A stretch of DNA of 64,000 nt from Planctomycetota bacterium (GTDB lineage: Bacteria; Planctomycetota; GCA-002687715; CAIWVZ01): the NCBI GenBank assembly GCA_044222185.1, contig JBGANV010000002.1, forward strand, positions 704,001 through 768,000, written 5' to 3'. A program made the position numbers and the translations under genes. The notes below the pieces were generated by a model, which had not been told where the DNA came from, did no database searches, and was given only the letters and a program-made list of their open reading frames with translations. Positions 1 through 9,959 of the stretch are shown in pieces. The first letter of the stretch is position 1. Each line of letters begins with the position of its first letter.

Positions 1-812
1 GCGATGGACTGGGTCTTCGCGTTCCCGACCTCGAGCTTGCATGCGTGGTCGTAGCAGCACGGCGTCGCGCGGCCGTCGTAGTAGACGCTGAGGGTCTTGT
101 AGAGCATCCGGCAGGGCTTGCGCGGCGCGCTCGGCGTCGGTGCCGGGCGGCACGACGGGTCGGCGATCGACATCGTTCCGGCCCACGTCACGACGGAGCA
201 GACGAAGATCTCGTCGTGAGGCCCCAGGTAACCGTTCCACTCCGCGCGGAAGCGGTCCATCGTGGCCATCACGGGATCGGACCCGACGACGCTGAGGATG
301 ATCGCCGGGCGCGGCAGCCCACGTGCGTCACGCAACTCGAACAGCCGCTTCGTTCCGGCGACGACTTCCTCGTACGAGGCGTTCTTTCGTGCGGCCTCGA
401 AGATGTCCTTGTCGGCGCCGTCGATGCTGACGATCACGACTGCCGTGGAGGAGTCGATGAGCGCGCGGATGTTCTCGTCGGTCAGTTTCGTGCCGTTCGT
501 GATCACGCACGGATAGCGGACGCCCACCGCCTGCAGGTGGTGGAGGATCTCGCGGAAGTGGGGGTTGAGGAACGGCTCGCCGAACCCCTGCGGATAGAAG
601 ATGATCTCGTGTCCCGCGGCTTCGGCTGCACACCGCTTCAGCATCTCCAGATCCACGTGTCCGTAGCCTCGACCGGACTCGAGGCGAGGACACATGGGGC
701 ATTCCAGATTGCATGCGTTCGTCGTCTCGACGGCGAACCGCAGCGGGAAGGGGCCGGGCTCCCGGTCCCGGAACATGCGATCGAAGAACAGCGAGTAGGG
801 CTTCTCTGCCAT
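1..812 (-). CDS. Radical SAM protein with SPASM/twitch-type C-terminal region (3' end outside window)
   Basis: Manual translation from ATG at 812: MAEKPYSLFF...ETTNACNLECPMCPR (CxxxCxxC), GFGEPFLNP, ITNGT, VSIDGA, then KPCRMLYKTLSVYYDGRATPCCYD...VGNAKTQSI. No stop before position 1, so it is absent from the ORF track. Confidence 0.9.
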   Translation of the reverse strand, partial: MAEKPYSLFFDRMFRDREPGPFPLRFAVETTNACNLECPMCPRLESGRGYGHVDLEMLKRCAAEAAGHEIIFYPQGFGEPFLNPHFREILHHLQAVGVRYPCVITNGTKLTDENIRALIDSSTAVVIVSIDGADKDIFEAARKNASYEEVVAGTKRLFELRDARGLPRPAIILSVVGSDPVMATMDRFRAEWNGYLGPHDEIFVCSVVTWAGTMSIADPSCRPAPTPSAPRKPCRMLYKTLSVYYDGRATPCCYDHACKLEVGNAKTQSI

Positions 813-1156
813 GGAAGTTCTCGGCCTGCGAACTCGCGCCGAACCGGGTTCCTCGTGCTGGCTCTCGCGGCCACGTCTCCGGACCGTCGAACGAGCGCGC
901 CCGCCATTCCCCGATCGGTCGCATACGGGGGCCGCCATCCCGCTTCCCCCGAGGAGGCCTATCGCCCGACGAATCCGTGCCGGCCACGCTCGGCTCGGCA
1001 GTATCGAGGCGGTCCCACCGACCGTCAACCCCGGTCCCGGTTTCCACGCGCCGTCGCCTGAGGCGCGACCGAGGACCTGCGGGCGGCAACCGAGTCGATC
1101 GGCCGCCATCGTCCGTCCGCACCCGGCCGTCGGGCAGCGAAAAAAACCGCGCTGGA

Positions 1157-1196
1157 TTCATGAAACGACGCTCTCGCGTGAAGGGCCTTCGTCGAC
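1157..1196 (+). promoter_or_regulatory. Conserved upstream element, copy 1 (TTCATGAAA-N10-GCGTGAAGRGCCTTCGTC)
   Basis: Same motif and spacing as 3688..3727; each lies ~120 bp upstream of a paralogous gene. Confidence 0.6.
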
Positions 1197-1279
1197 GGAC
1201 CGGTCGATCGGTGCATTCCGCTGGAGCGGGATGCGCTCGGCCGGCACCGGATCACGGAATTCGATCACGGAGACATTCC

Positions 1280-3559
1280 ATGGAATCACGCGCATGGCGC
1301 CGAGTGCTCACCCTGCTTCCGTTCGTTCTCGCTTCCGTCCTCGCGCAGGACGTGAAGACCGGTTCGTCCGCCCCGATCCCCGCGGGCGTCGGCCCGGAGA
1401 CGATCGCCGTGGCTGGCGCGTCCTCATCGCAGGTGGCGGCGAAGACGAAGCCTCCCTCCGCCGTCACGCCGCAGATGCCCGTGCTCGATCGCGTGCTGTT
1501 CGATCAGGTCGACATGACCCTCTGGGCAGCATCCCGGAACTTCAAGGTCGGGTTCGGTCCGGACGGCGCGACGTTCGTCCCGGCCCTGGGACTCGTGGCT
1601 CCAACCAACATGCCCGTGACGTTCCGGCTGTCGGGGATCACCGCCGGCGGTCGCACGATGCCCGTCGGGGAGACGGTCGCGCCTGCGCGCATGGGCGACC
1701 GCGTCACCTTCGATCGCGGCGTGGCGCGGGAGGTCTACGACCTTCGGCTGGAAGGGGTCGAACAGTCGTTCGTCCTCTCGAGGCCGCTCGGCGTCGGTGA
1801 CCACGCCGTCCACGTCGGATTCGACACCGCGCTCGCGGCGACCGTCGCCACGGATGGCATCGCTTTCGAGTCCACCTACGGAGGCGTCCACTACGGCCGC
1901 GCGACGGCCATCGATGCCGCGGGTCGGTCGCTCGCGCTGGAAGCGTCGATCGTCGATCACGAGATCGTGATCGTCGTTCCCGCCGCGTTCCTCGAGAAGG
2001 CAACCTGGCCGGTGACCATCGACCCTCTCGTGTCGACGATGAACATCGACGCGAGCGGCACGCCGTACGTGAATCCGGACGTCGCCTACGACGCAACTTC
2101 CCAGCGCTACGCCGTCGTCGCAGAACAGGTCTACGCGCAGACCGATCGCGACATGTACGCCTGGATCTGCAACTCGGCCGGGAACGTGATCGCCGGCTCG
2201 TTCACGGTGATCGACGCCTCGACGACGAACTGGACCCACCCGAGCATCGCCTTCAAGCGCATCGGAGCCCAGTTCCTCGTCGTCGCGGAGCGCGGCATCG
2301 CTCCGGCGAGGCAGATCTGGGGGCGCGAGTTCACGTCGAGCGTTCCCTCCGTCATCGGCAGCCAGTTCGCCATCAGCGGCAACGAAACCGGTGACAAGTG
2401 CAACCCGGTCGTCGGCGGCGATCCGAGCGCGGCACCTCCCACCTACTACTGCGTCGCGTGGCAGCGCAACTACACGTTGACCGACTTCGACATCCACTCC
2501 CGCATCGTCACCGACACGGCAGGCATGCACTCGGCCGTGCTCACCGTCTCGAACGGAACCGAGGCGGACGAGCGCCCGGCGATCTCGAAGTCGAACGGCA
2601 TGGGTGGTGTGTACGACCAGGTCTGGACGATCGCGTGGCAGCGTTCGCTGACGTGGCACCACGACATCATCGGCTGCCAGGTGAATTGGAATGGCACGAC
2701 CGTCAGCAATCAGTTTGCGATCTCGACCTCGGCGGCCGACACGACGATTCCGTCGGTGTCCGCCATCACCGATCCGTCGCTTGGCCCGACCAGCTACCTG
2801 GTGGCGTACGAGGTCTTCGGGCAGCACAACACGGTCGGCTTCTCGGTGATGCAGGGGCAGACCTACGTCGGTGGCGCCATCGACCTCGCGCAGGTGGAGG
2901 GCGTCGGATCCATCGATCGCCGCCTCCCCACGGCGACCTGTACGGGCGCCACGTTCACGATCGCCTACGCGGAGTTGTGGAATCCGAACTCGGCCGACTA
3001 CGACCTCTACGCGACGACGCTCAACGTCGTCGGCGGAACCACGTTCTCGACCAGTGAAGCGCATGCGCTGCTCCTCGGATCGACGGCGATCGAGACGCGT
3101 CCGCGGATCACCTCGGTTCACGACGCCGGCGAAGTGGGGATTCGGACGAAGGTCGTGTGCGAGGCCGGCCCTGCGCCGAGTGCGGTCGTGTCGGCGATGT
3201 ACGACGCCCGCGCGGCCGTCGGCGGCGTGACGAGCCTCGCGACCGGATGCCAGAACCTGGGGCTGTCCTTCGTGGGGCAGCCGATCCTGGGCCAGCCCGT
3301 CTCGGTGACGCTCGTCAACCCGGGCGCCCATCCGCTGATCGTCGTCGGCGCGCCCATCTGGCCCATGGCTTTGTGCGGTGGGTGCAGTCTCGGCGTCGAC
3401 ATCTTCAACAACCCGCTCGTGTTCCAGGTGCCGTCCGTCAGCGTCGTCGTCCCGGGCGACGGGGCGCTGGTCGGCGCCACCGTCGCGATCCAGGGCGCCG
3501 ACGGGATCGGCGCCTGCGGATACCGCGTCACCGACACGGTCTGGGTGACCATCATGTGA
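1280..3559 (+). CDS. Secreted repeat (probable beta-propeller) protein with shared C-terminal module, paralog 1
   Basis: Start reassigned to MESRAWRR (CGGAGA upstream); signal peptide LLPFVLASVLAQ; N-terminal domain ending WPVTIDP; ~55-60 aa repeats (NPDVAY, HPSIAF, NPVVGG, RPAISK, IPSVSA); ends VPGDGALVGATVAIQGAD...RVTDTVWVTIM. Confidence 0.8.
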   Translation: MESRAWRRVLTLLPFVLASVLAQDVKTGSSAPIPAGVGPETIAVAGASSSQVAAKTKPPSAVTPQMPVLDRVLFDQVDMTLWAASRNFKVGFGPDGATFVPALGLVAPTNMPVTFRLSGITAGGRTMPVGETVAPARMGDRVTFDRGVAREVYDLRLEGVEQSFVLSRPLGVGDHAVHVGFDTALAATVATDGIAFESTYGGVHYGRATAIDAAGRSLALEASIVDHEIVIVVPAAFLEKATWPVTIDPLVSTMNIDASGTPYVNPDVAYDATSQRYAVVAEQVYAQTDRDMYAWICNSAGNVIAGSFTVIDASTTNWTHPSIAFKRIGAQFLVVAERGIAPARQIWGREFTSSVPSVIGSQFAISGNETGDKCNPVVGGDPSAAPPTYYCVAWQRNYTLTDFDIHSRIVTDTAGMHSAVLTVSNGTEADERPAISKSNGMGGVYDQVWTIAWQRSLTWHHDIIGCQVNWNGTTVSNQFAISTSAADTTIPSVSAITDPSLGPTSYLVAYEVFGQHNTVGFSVMQGQTYVGGAIDLAQVEGVGSIDRRLPTATCTGATFTIAYAELWNPNSADYDLYATTLNVVGGTTFSTSEAHALLLGSTAIETRPRITSVHDAGEVGIRTKVVCEAGPAPSAVVSAMYDARAAVGGVTSLATGCQNLGLSFVGQPILGQPVSVTLVNPGAHPLIVVGAPIWPMALCGGCSLGVDIFNNPLVFQVPSVSVVVPGDGALVGATVAIQGADGIGACGYRVTDTVWVTIM

Positions 3560-3687
3560 CGCGACGGATGCAGCGGGGTCTCCGCCGGCGCCTCCACGTC
3601 GGCGCGCAGCCTCCAGCGTCGAACGGCCGGGCCCGCGCCCGGCCGCCGGCATTTCGGGAGTGACCGGCTTCCAGGGTCGATCCCGAT

Positions 3688-3727
3688 TTCATGAAAACGC
3701 GATCCGGCGTGAAGAGCCTTCGTCAAC
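3688..3727 (+). promoter_or_regulatory. Conserved upstream element, copy 2
   Basis: TTCATGAAAACGCGATCCGGCGTGAAGAGCCTTCGTCAAC aligns without gaps to 1157..1196. Confidence 0.6.
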
Positions 3728-3806
3728 CCCCGTCACACGCACCGCCAGGAGGCGATGCTCGACCGGACGGGGCAGCGCTTTCTTGCATTCGCCACGGAGG
3801 TCCGCC

Positions 3807-6077
3807 ATGGAGTTCGCACGCTTCCTTCGCGCAGCCGCGCTCATCCCGTTCGTTCTCGCAGTCGTGCCCGCGCAAGACGTCAAGAGTGCTGAGGGGGAGC
3901 CTGCCACCGCAGGGATCGGCCCGGGCGACGCGCCGGCCGATCGGATCCCATCACACCCCGGCGCACGTCCCACGTCGGATTCGATCCTCCGAGCGATCCG
4001 CCTCGACCGTGTTCTCTACGACGTCGGCGAAGGCAAGCTCTGGGCCGTCGGGAACGACTACAAGATGGCGTTCGATGCGGAGGGAGCGTCGTTCATCCCG
4101 AAGCTCGGGCAGCTCGCGCCCACGAACACGCCCGTCACGTTCCGGCTCGCCCGCGCAACGATCGGCGGAGTGCCCATCGCGCTCGATGATGCCGTTCCGG
4201 CGACGCGCGACCGGGATCGGATCCGTTACTCTCGCGGGGACATCACCGAAGCGTACGACCTGCGTCTCGACGGCGCGGAGCAATCGTTCGTGCTCGAGCG
4301 TCCGCTCGGGGGAGGGGACTGCGTCCTTCACGTCCAGGCAACGACCTCGCTCGCAGGCCGGGCCGAATCCGGCGGGATCTCGTTCGACGGACCCTACGGC
4401 AGCGTTCGCTACGGAGCCGCGACGGCGATCGACGCCCGTGGCGGCCTGCGCAGCCTCGCAATGGAACTCGCCGATGGCGAAATCCGCATCCTGGTTCCGG
4501 GCGACTTCCTGGAGCACGCGCAATGGCCCGTCGTCGTCGACCCGCTCGTCACGACCGGGACGTCCGTGGGGGGATCCGACTTGTTCAACCCGGACGTCGC
4601 GTTCGAACCGGCGGCCGGCATGTTCGGCGTGGTCGCCGAAACGGCGTTCTCGGCCACCGACCACGACGTGCTCGCCTGGCTTCTCTATTCCACGGGCGCG
4701 ACCCTGCTCGGTGCGTCGACCGTGATCGAGGCGGGTGTCTCGAACTGGTCACACCCCAAGGTGGGCGCCAAGAACCTCGGCGCGCAGCTCCTCATCGTGG
4801 CCGAAGTGGGGCTCGCTCCGTCGCGCCAGATCTGGGGCCGGACCATGTTCACTTCCATTCCGACGAACCCCGGGACGCCATTCCAGATCAGCGCGAACGA
4901 GGGCGGCGACAAGGTGAACCCCGTGGTGGGCGGCGACCCGAGCTCGGCGCCTCCGACGTATTACTGCGTCGCCTGGCAACGCATCTTCTCGGCGACCGAC
5001 GACGACATCCACGTCCGAATCATCACGGAGGCGGGAACTCCGCACACCGCCGTGATCGCCGTGTCGAACGGATCCGAGCGTGACCAGGTCCCCGCGATCT
5101 CGAAGTCCGACGGAAACGGCCCCGCGAGCGGCCAGGCCTGGAATCTCGTGTGGCAGCGCGAGATGAGCGGCCACCACGACATCGTCATGAAGCAGGTGAG
5201 CTGGAACGGGTCCACCGTCAGCCCGCTCATCTCCGTCGCGACCACGGGAAGCGACACCGTGAATCCCACCGTCACCGGCTTCACCGACGTGGCGCTCGGG
5301 GCCCCGCGGTTCCTCGTCGCGTTCGAGGTGACGGGCGCCACGCGACGGATCGGGCTGGCGCTGATGCAAGGCCAGTCGTACGTCATCGGGACGAGCGACA
5401 TCAGCGGTGTCGAAGGGGTTCCCGCACTCGACCGCCGACATCCGGCGGTGACCTGCACCGGCGGTCGCTTCGTCCTCACCTATGCGGAGCAGACGTATGC
5501 CGGGTCGACGAACTACGACGTGTTCGCGACGACGATCGACTCGCTCGGAGCGAGCGCCTACTCGATTCCCGAAGGACACGTGCCCGTGATCTTCGGCGCA
5601 CTTCAGTCCGACGACCTGCCGAACGTCGCGTCGCGGTTCGACGGCGGAATCCGCTCCGTCGAGACCCTGATCGTCGGGCAAAGAGGCACGGCGACGCACG
5701 ACCTCGGCTCGGCGCATTATGACGGCATGGGAACGATCGGCGGATTCACGACCGTGGCGACGGGCTGCGGGGGACTCGGCATCACGGCGACAGGCACTCC
5801 CGCACTCGGTCAGCCCGTCTCCTTCCTGCTCTCGGCCGCCCAGACGAATCCGATCATCGTCCTCGGGTTGCCGCTCGCTCCGACCACGCTCTGCAGCAGC
5901 TGCAAGCTCGGCGTCGATCTCGTGAACAACCCGATCGTGATCCCCGGAGTGGCGCTGGCCGGATTCATCCCGCCGGACGGCGGCCTCGTCGGAGTGACGC
6001 TCGCCGTTCAGGGCGCCGACGCCACCGGCTCGTGTGGCTACCGCGTCACCCCGACGGTACGCGTCGCGATCCGCTGA
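3807..6077 (+). CDS. Secreted repeat protein with shared C-terminal module, paralog 2 (tandem duplicate)
   Basis: Start MEFARFLR after GGAGG; collinear with 1280..3559 (YDLRLDGAEQSFVL, NPVVGGDPSSAPPTYYCVAWQR, QGADATGSCGYRVT). Confidence 0.8.
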   Translation: MEFARFLRAAALIPFVLAVVPAQDVKSAEGEPATAGIGPGDAPADRIPSHPGARPTSDSILRAIRLDRVLYDVGEGKLWAVGNDYKMAFDAEGASFIPKLGQLAPTNTPVTFRLARATIGGVPIALDDAVPATRDRDRIRYSRGDITEAYDLRLDGAEQSFVLERPLGGGDCVLHVQATTSLAGRAESGGISFDGPYGSVRYGAATAIDARGGLRSLAMELADGEIRILVPGDFLEHAQWPVVVDPLVTTGTSVGGSDLFNPDVAFEPAAGMFGVVAETAFSATDHDVLAWLLYSTGATLLGASTVIEAGVSNWSHPKVGAKNLGAQLLIVAEVGLAPSRQIWGRTMFTSIPTNPGTPFQISANEGGDKVNPVVGGDPSSAPPTYYCVAWQRIFSATDDDIHVRIITEAGTPHTAVIAVSNGSERDQVPAISKSDGNGPASGQAWNLVWQREMSGHHDIVMKQVSWNGSTVSPLISVATTGSDTVNPTVTGFTDVALGAPRFLVAFEVTGATRRIGLALMQGQSYVIGTSDISGVEGVPALDRRHPAVTCTGGRFVLTYAEQTYAGSTNYDVFATTIDSLGASAYSIPEGHVPVIFGALQSDDLPNVASRFDGGIRSVETLIVGQRGTATHDLGSAHYDGMGTIGGFTTVATGCGGLGITATGTPALGQPVSFLLSAAQTNPIIVLGLPLAPTTLCSSCKLGVDLVNNPIVIPGVALAGFIPPDGGLVGVTLAVQGADATGSCGYRVTPTVRVAIR

Positions 6078-6187
6078 GGTCCTGCCGCCGCGCGGAGCAC
6101 TGCGGCGGGCCGAACTCGCGGGATCCGTGCAGCCGCGACCGCCGGCACGGGTACCGTCGGCGCCACCGAGCCCACGGTCGTTCCTCC

Positions 6188-9100
6188 TCAGTCCTCGCTC
6201 GTCCGCGGGTCCGGCTCCCGATGGTGGAGCGGAGCCGCGGGGGCGATCGTCGGAGTGGCGCCGCCCGCGATCGGCGGCGGCGCGCTCCGCTCGTCGCGCG
6301 TCACGAGCGGTGTCTCGGGATAGAGGTGGACGTCCTGGCGGGGGAACGGGATCTCGATCCCTTGCGCACGGAACGCGAGGTCCAAGGCGAAGAGCAGCTC
6401 GCTCTTCACCTTCGCGCCGTTCGTCGACAGTCGAAGCCAGTAGCGCAGTTCGAAGTCGAGCGAGCTGGCGCCGAACCCGACGAAGAACACGTCATACGCC
6501 GGGTGTCTCAGCACGAGCGTGTGCTTCTCGACGATCCCCATGACGATCGTGCGGAACTTGGCCACGTCCGTCCCGTAGGCGACGCCGATGGGCAGGGTGG
6601 CACGGATGGTCGGAGTGCCGGCGGACCAGTTGCTCACCTTCGTCGAGATGAGGTCGCGGTTCGGGACGATGAGGCCCGTGTTCTCGGGCGTCATCACGGT
6701 CGTCGAGCGCATGTTGATGCGATCGACCCGACCCACGACTCCGTCGACGGAGATGGTGTCGCCGACCTTCAACGGCCGTTCGACGAGCAGGATGATCCCG
6801 CTGACGAAGTTGTTGATGATCTCCTGCAGACCGAAGCCGACGCCGACGCCCAACGCGCCGATGAACCAACCGATCTGCGTCGCGTCGACGCGCAGCTGGC
6901 CACCGAGGACCAGGATGCCGAAGAGTGCGATCAACGTGTACGTGGCGAGCGTCACGATCGTGTACTGCAACCCGCGATCGAGGCGAGTCCTCGGCAGGAG
7001 CACGAAGCGGAGGAGATCCCGGTTGAGCCGGATGATGAACACGGCGAGCGCCGTGGTGATGACCGCGTTGACGACGTTGCCGAGGGTCAGGTTCGGCGAG
7101 ATCCAATTCATCTTCTGATCGAAGGCGGCGTCCCACCCGGCGCCCGTGAGTCCCCAGTGATCCAACGTGAACCACACGGCCGGGCCATACACGGCGAGCT
7201 TGATCGCCAGTCGCCGGATGCGATCGCCGAGGTGCGCGCGTCCCCGTGCGAGGAACTCGGCTTCGTCGAGTCCCAGGTCGAGCTCCGGCCGCTCGACCGG
7301 CGGCGTTCCGCGGAAGAACAGGCGAGCGAGCCAGCCCGCCGCGATCCACGCCGCGAGCAGCCAGCCCGCCGTCGTCAGGAAGCGATCGAGGAAATAGCGC
7401 GCCGCGACGCGATACGAGAGGCTGTGGAGCACCATCAGGTAGATGACGGCGCCGACGATGGACGGGTAGGCGACGAGAACCAGCGCCTTGAACGACAACG
7501 CCGCGTCGCTCTCGCCCTTGAACAGCGACATCAACACCGAGGGCCTGGCCATGACGGACAGGATGATCAGCGAGCTGAGCACCGTGTTGATGAGCCACAA
7601 GAGCTCGACGATGCCGGGATTGCGGGCTCGGTATGGCGTCACGGTCAGGAGCAACGCGACGGGCACGATCACGACCCAGACGCGCAGCAAGAGGACGATG
7701 GTCCCGTGGCAGAGGCGCGCGATGCGGTCCCGCGTCGGGAGCAGGCGCGGGGCCTTCTCGTCGGCGCCGAACAAGAGGTCGAGAAGCGTGCGGGCAAGCC
7801 GGAATGCGAAGGGTGTGCCGCAGAGTATGGCCACGACCTTGATCGTCGCCTCGTTCGCTCCAGCGAGCGCTGGCAACGCCACGCCGGCGAACGCGATGAC
7901 GAGCGTGATCTCCGTGCTTCGCACGAGATAGGTCAGGATGTGGCGGATGCCGCCGAACACGCCCTTCTCGGCCCACTCCTTGTCGTCGAACGAGTAGGTC
8001 TTGGAGGAGAAGTGATGGGCCGCGATCGCGAGGCCGATCACGGCGGCGAGCGCGAGAGCGAGCTTCACGATCTCGGAGACGCGTCCCTCGGACACTCGGC
8101 TCGTGAAGTAGTCGCGCACTCCACCGATGGATCCGATGGCGGCGCGCTGAACGACTTCCGAGATGGACTTGGAGTCCTCGAACGCCTGCCGGATCGACTC
8201 GATCGAGATGTCGCTCTCGTCGCGGGTCCACCGAAGTGCGCGCTGGTATCGGATCAGGTTCTTCTCGGCGTCCGCACGCGTCGCTCCGAGCGTCTTGCCC
8301 GCGACCGTGAGCAGGTTCGTCAGTCCTTGGAGCTTCTCCAGCCGCGCTGCCGCCGCGGCGCGAAGGTCGGTCGCGAGCTGGTCCCAGGCTCTCGGGTTGG
8401 CCGCGTCCCGGGTCTCCGGCGTGTCGGGTTTCGCGTCCGCGGGGGGTGCGCCCCGCTTGCGATCGTTCTCGACCTGCTCGACGAGGAGGTCGGGTCGTAG
8501 GGCCTGTGCCGCGCGCAGCTGCTCCCGCGTCTCCAGGAGGAGTTTGCGCAGCTCCTCCTGGAGCTGGTGCATTCGGTCACGGGTCGCTTCCCTCACCTCG
8601 ATGATGACGGTCAACCCGCGGACCGTTCCGGACGTCACATCCTCGATGGCGTGCGCGCCGCTGTCGACCTCGTCGAACGACCGCTTGTCCGAGTCCGCCT
8701 CGTCCTTCGCGACGGCGATCTCTCCACCGACGCCCACGCGCGCATCCCACACCTTGCGCGCCTTGTCGAGCCGCGTGGCCTCCACGCGCAGGTTTGCGAG
8801 CAGGCGCTTGTCCAGCCAGTACGGCTGTGCCCACGGCGGAAGGGTCGCGAGCAGGACGTCGAGCGTGGATTGCTCCGTCAAGACGCGCTGGAGCCGCGAT
8901 TCATAGGCCTGGTCCAGAAGAACGCCCGTCTTGCGGCGCCGAGCGTCCCAGGTGCGGAGCTTCTGGTCCTCGTAGTCGACCCTGAGGTCCGCGGCCCGCA
9001 GGCGCGCCTCGCGGTTCTTGCCGATGGCGTGGCTCCAACGGTCGACCTCCGCCTGGAACCGGGCGACGCGGATCTTCTGGAGAAACACCTTCTCCTGGAC

Positions 9101-9778
9101 GAGCCGCAAGATCTCTCCGTCAGCTCCACCGGTGAGAGCGGCCTTCGCGTCGCTCTCGGCGCCTTCCAGGTCTTTCCTCGCCTCGGCGAGACTCTGCTCG
9201 GCTTCCGCCGGCTTCGCCTGGGCGGAATCCAGGTCGGACTTCAGGTCGTCGCGGTCTTTGCTGCACTTCTCGCGATATTTCCGGACGGCTTCGACTGCCG
9301 CCTCGGCCGTCGCACGTTCGCGTTGAAGGCGCTCCTCGGCGTCGTCCGCCGTCGGATCGGGCAGACCGATTGGGTCCAGTTCTTGCTGTTTGCGGATCGC
9401 GATCTGCTTTTCGAACTCGATGGCATCACTGAGCGCCTTGGTCGATGCGGCTGCATTGAGCAGCAGCGTTGCCCTGACGTCCACGAGTGCCTGAAGGTTC
9501 TTGACCTGGCTCTTCAGCGTCTCGATCAGGTCGGCCCTGGTTCCTGAGAACTCCTCCGTCTGCTTCTGATCCGAGACCTCGATGGTCCATCGGAGGCTCT
9601 GAAGCAGGCGATCCACATCGGCTTGCGCCGCTGGGATGACCCGGCGGTCGGCGGGCTCGAGCGGTCGCGTGTCCTGCGCATGTAAAGACGATGCAACGAC
9701 AAGAAGACCCATCGCGAACCAGATCGTTCTGCGGGGAGTCAAAGGCTGCGTGGTGATTACGGCAAGCGTTTTGAGCAT
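6188..9778 (-). CDS. Large MscS-family (MscK-like) mechanosensitive channel
   Basis: Signal peptide, long coiled-coil region, many TM helices, then MscS core GALGVGVGFGLQEIINNFVSGIILLVERPLKVGD...IGVAYGTD...GIEIPFPRQDVH. Start moved to MLKTL. Confidence 0.9.
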   Translation of the reverse strand: MLKTLAVITTQPLTPRRTIWFAMGLLVVASSLHAQDTRPLEPADRRVIPAAQADVDRLLQSLRWTIEVSDQKQTEEFSGTRADLIETLKSQVKNLQALVDVRATLLLNAAASTKALSDAIEFEKQIAIRKQQELDPIGLPDPTADDAEERLQRERATAEAAVEAVRKYREKCSKDRDDLKSDLDSAQAKPAEAEQSLAEARKDLEGAESDAKAALTGGADGEILRLVQEKVFLQKIRVARFQAEVDRWSHAIGKNREARLRAADLRVDYEDQKLRTWDARRRKTGVLLDQAYESRLQRVLTEQSTLDVLLATLPPWAQPYWLDKRLLANLRVEATRLDKARKVWDARVGVGGEIAVAKDEADSDKRSFDEVDSGAHAIEDVTSGTVRGLTVIIEVREATRDRMHQLQEELRKLLLETREQLRAAQALRPDLLVEQVENDRKRGAPPADAKPDTPETRDAANPRAWDQLATDLRAAAAARLEKLQGLTNLLTVAGKTLGATRADAEKNLIRYQRALRWTRDESDISIESIRQAFEDSKSISEVVQRAAIGSIGGVRDYFTSRVSEGRVSEIVKLALALAAVIGLAIAAHHFSSKTYSFDDKEWAEKGVFGGIRHILTYLVRSTEITLVIAFAGVALPALAGANEATIKVVAILCGTPFAFRLARTLLDLLFGADEKAPRLLPTRDRIARLCHGTIVLLLRVWVVIVPVALLLTVTPYRARNPGIVELLWLINTVLSSLIILSVMARPSVLMSLFKGESDAALSFKALVLVAYPSIVGAVIYLMVLHSLSYRVAARYFLDRFLTTAGWLLAAWIAAGWLARLFFRGTPPVERPELDLGLDEAEFLARGRAHLGDRIRRLAIKLAVYGPAVWFTLDHWGLTGAGWDAAFDQKMNWISPNLTLGNVVNAVITTALAVFIIRLNRDLLRFVLLPRTRLDRGLQYTIVTLATYTLIALFGILVLGGQLRVDATQIGWFIGALGVGVGFGLQEIINNFVSGIILLVERPLKVGDTISVDGVVGRVDRINMRSTTVMTPENTGLIVPNRDLISTKVSNWSAGTPTIRATLPIGVAYGTDVAKFRTIVMGIVEKHTLVLRHPAYDVFFVGFGASSLDFELRYWLRLSTNGAKVKSELLFALDLAFRAQGIEIPFPRQDVHLYPETPLVTRDERSAPPPIAGGATPTIAPAAPLHHREPDPRTSED

Positions 9779-9959
9779 GGCGCGACTTGGGGGTTCGGCA
9801 CGGCTCCGACGTGCGGAAAAGCTCGCGATCGTAGCAGCGCCTTCTCGTTGGCCGGGAACCACCGACTGCCCCGCAGTTGGTGCGGGTCGTCCGGGGTTCC
9901 TGCCGTTGGTCATCTCGACAGAGGGAAATCCGTCCGGCGCTCGTATGGGAGGACTTGCG

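Noticed and set aside
45-1061. Plus-strand 338-aa ORF
   Set aside because: Antisense to the radical SAM gene.
1160-1279. Conserved upstream peptide (MKRRSRVKGLR / MKTRSGVKSLR) before the two paralogs
   Set aside because: In frame with the gene in one copy and out of frame in the other; conservation is better explained as a DNA motif.
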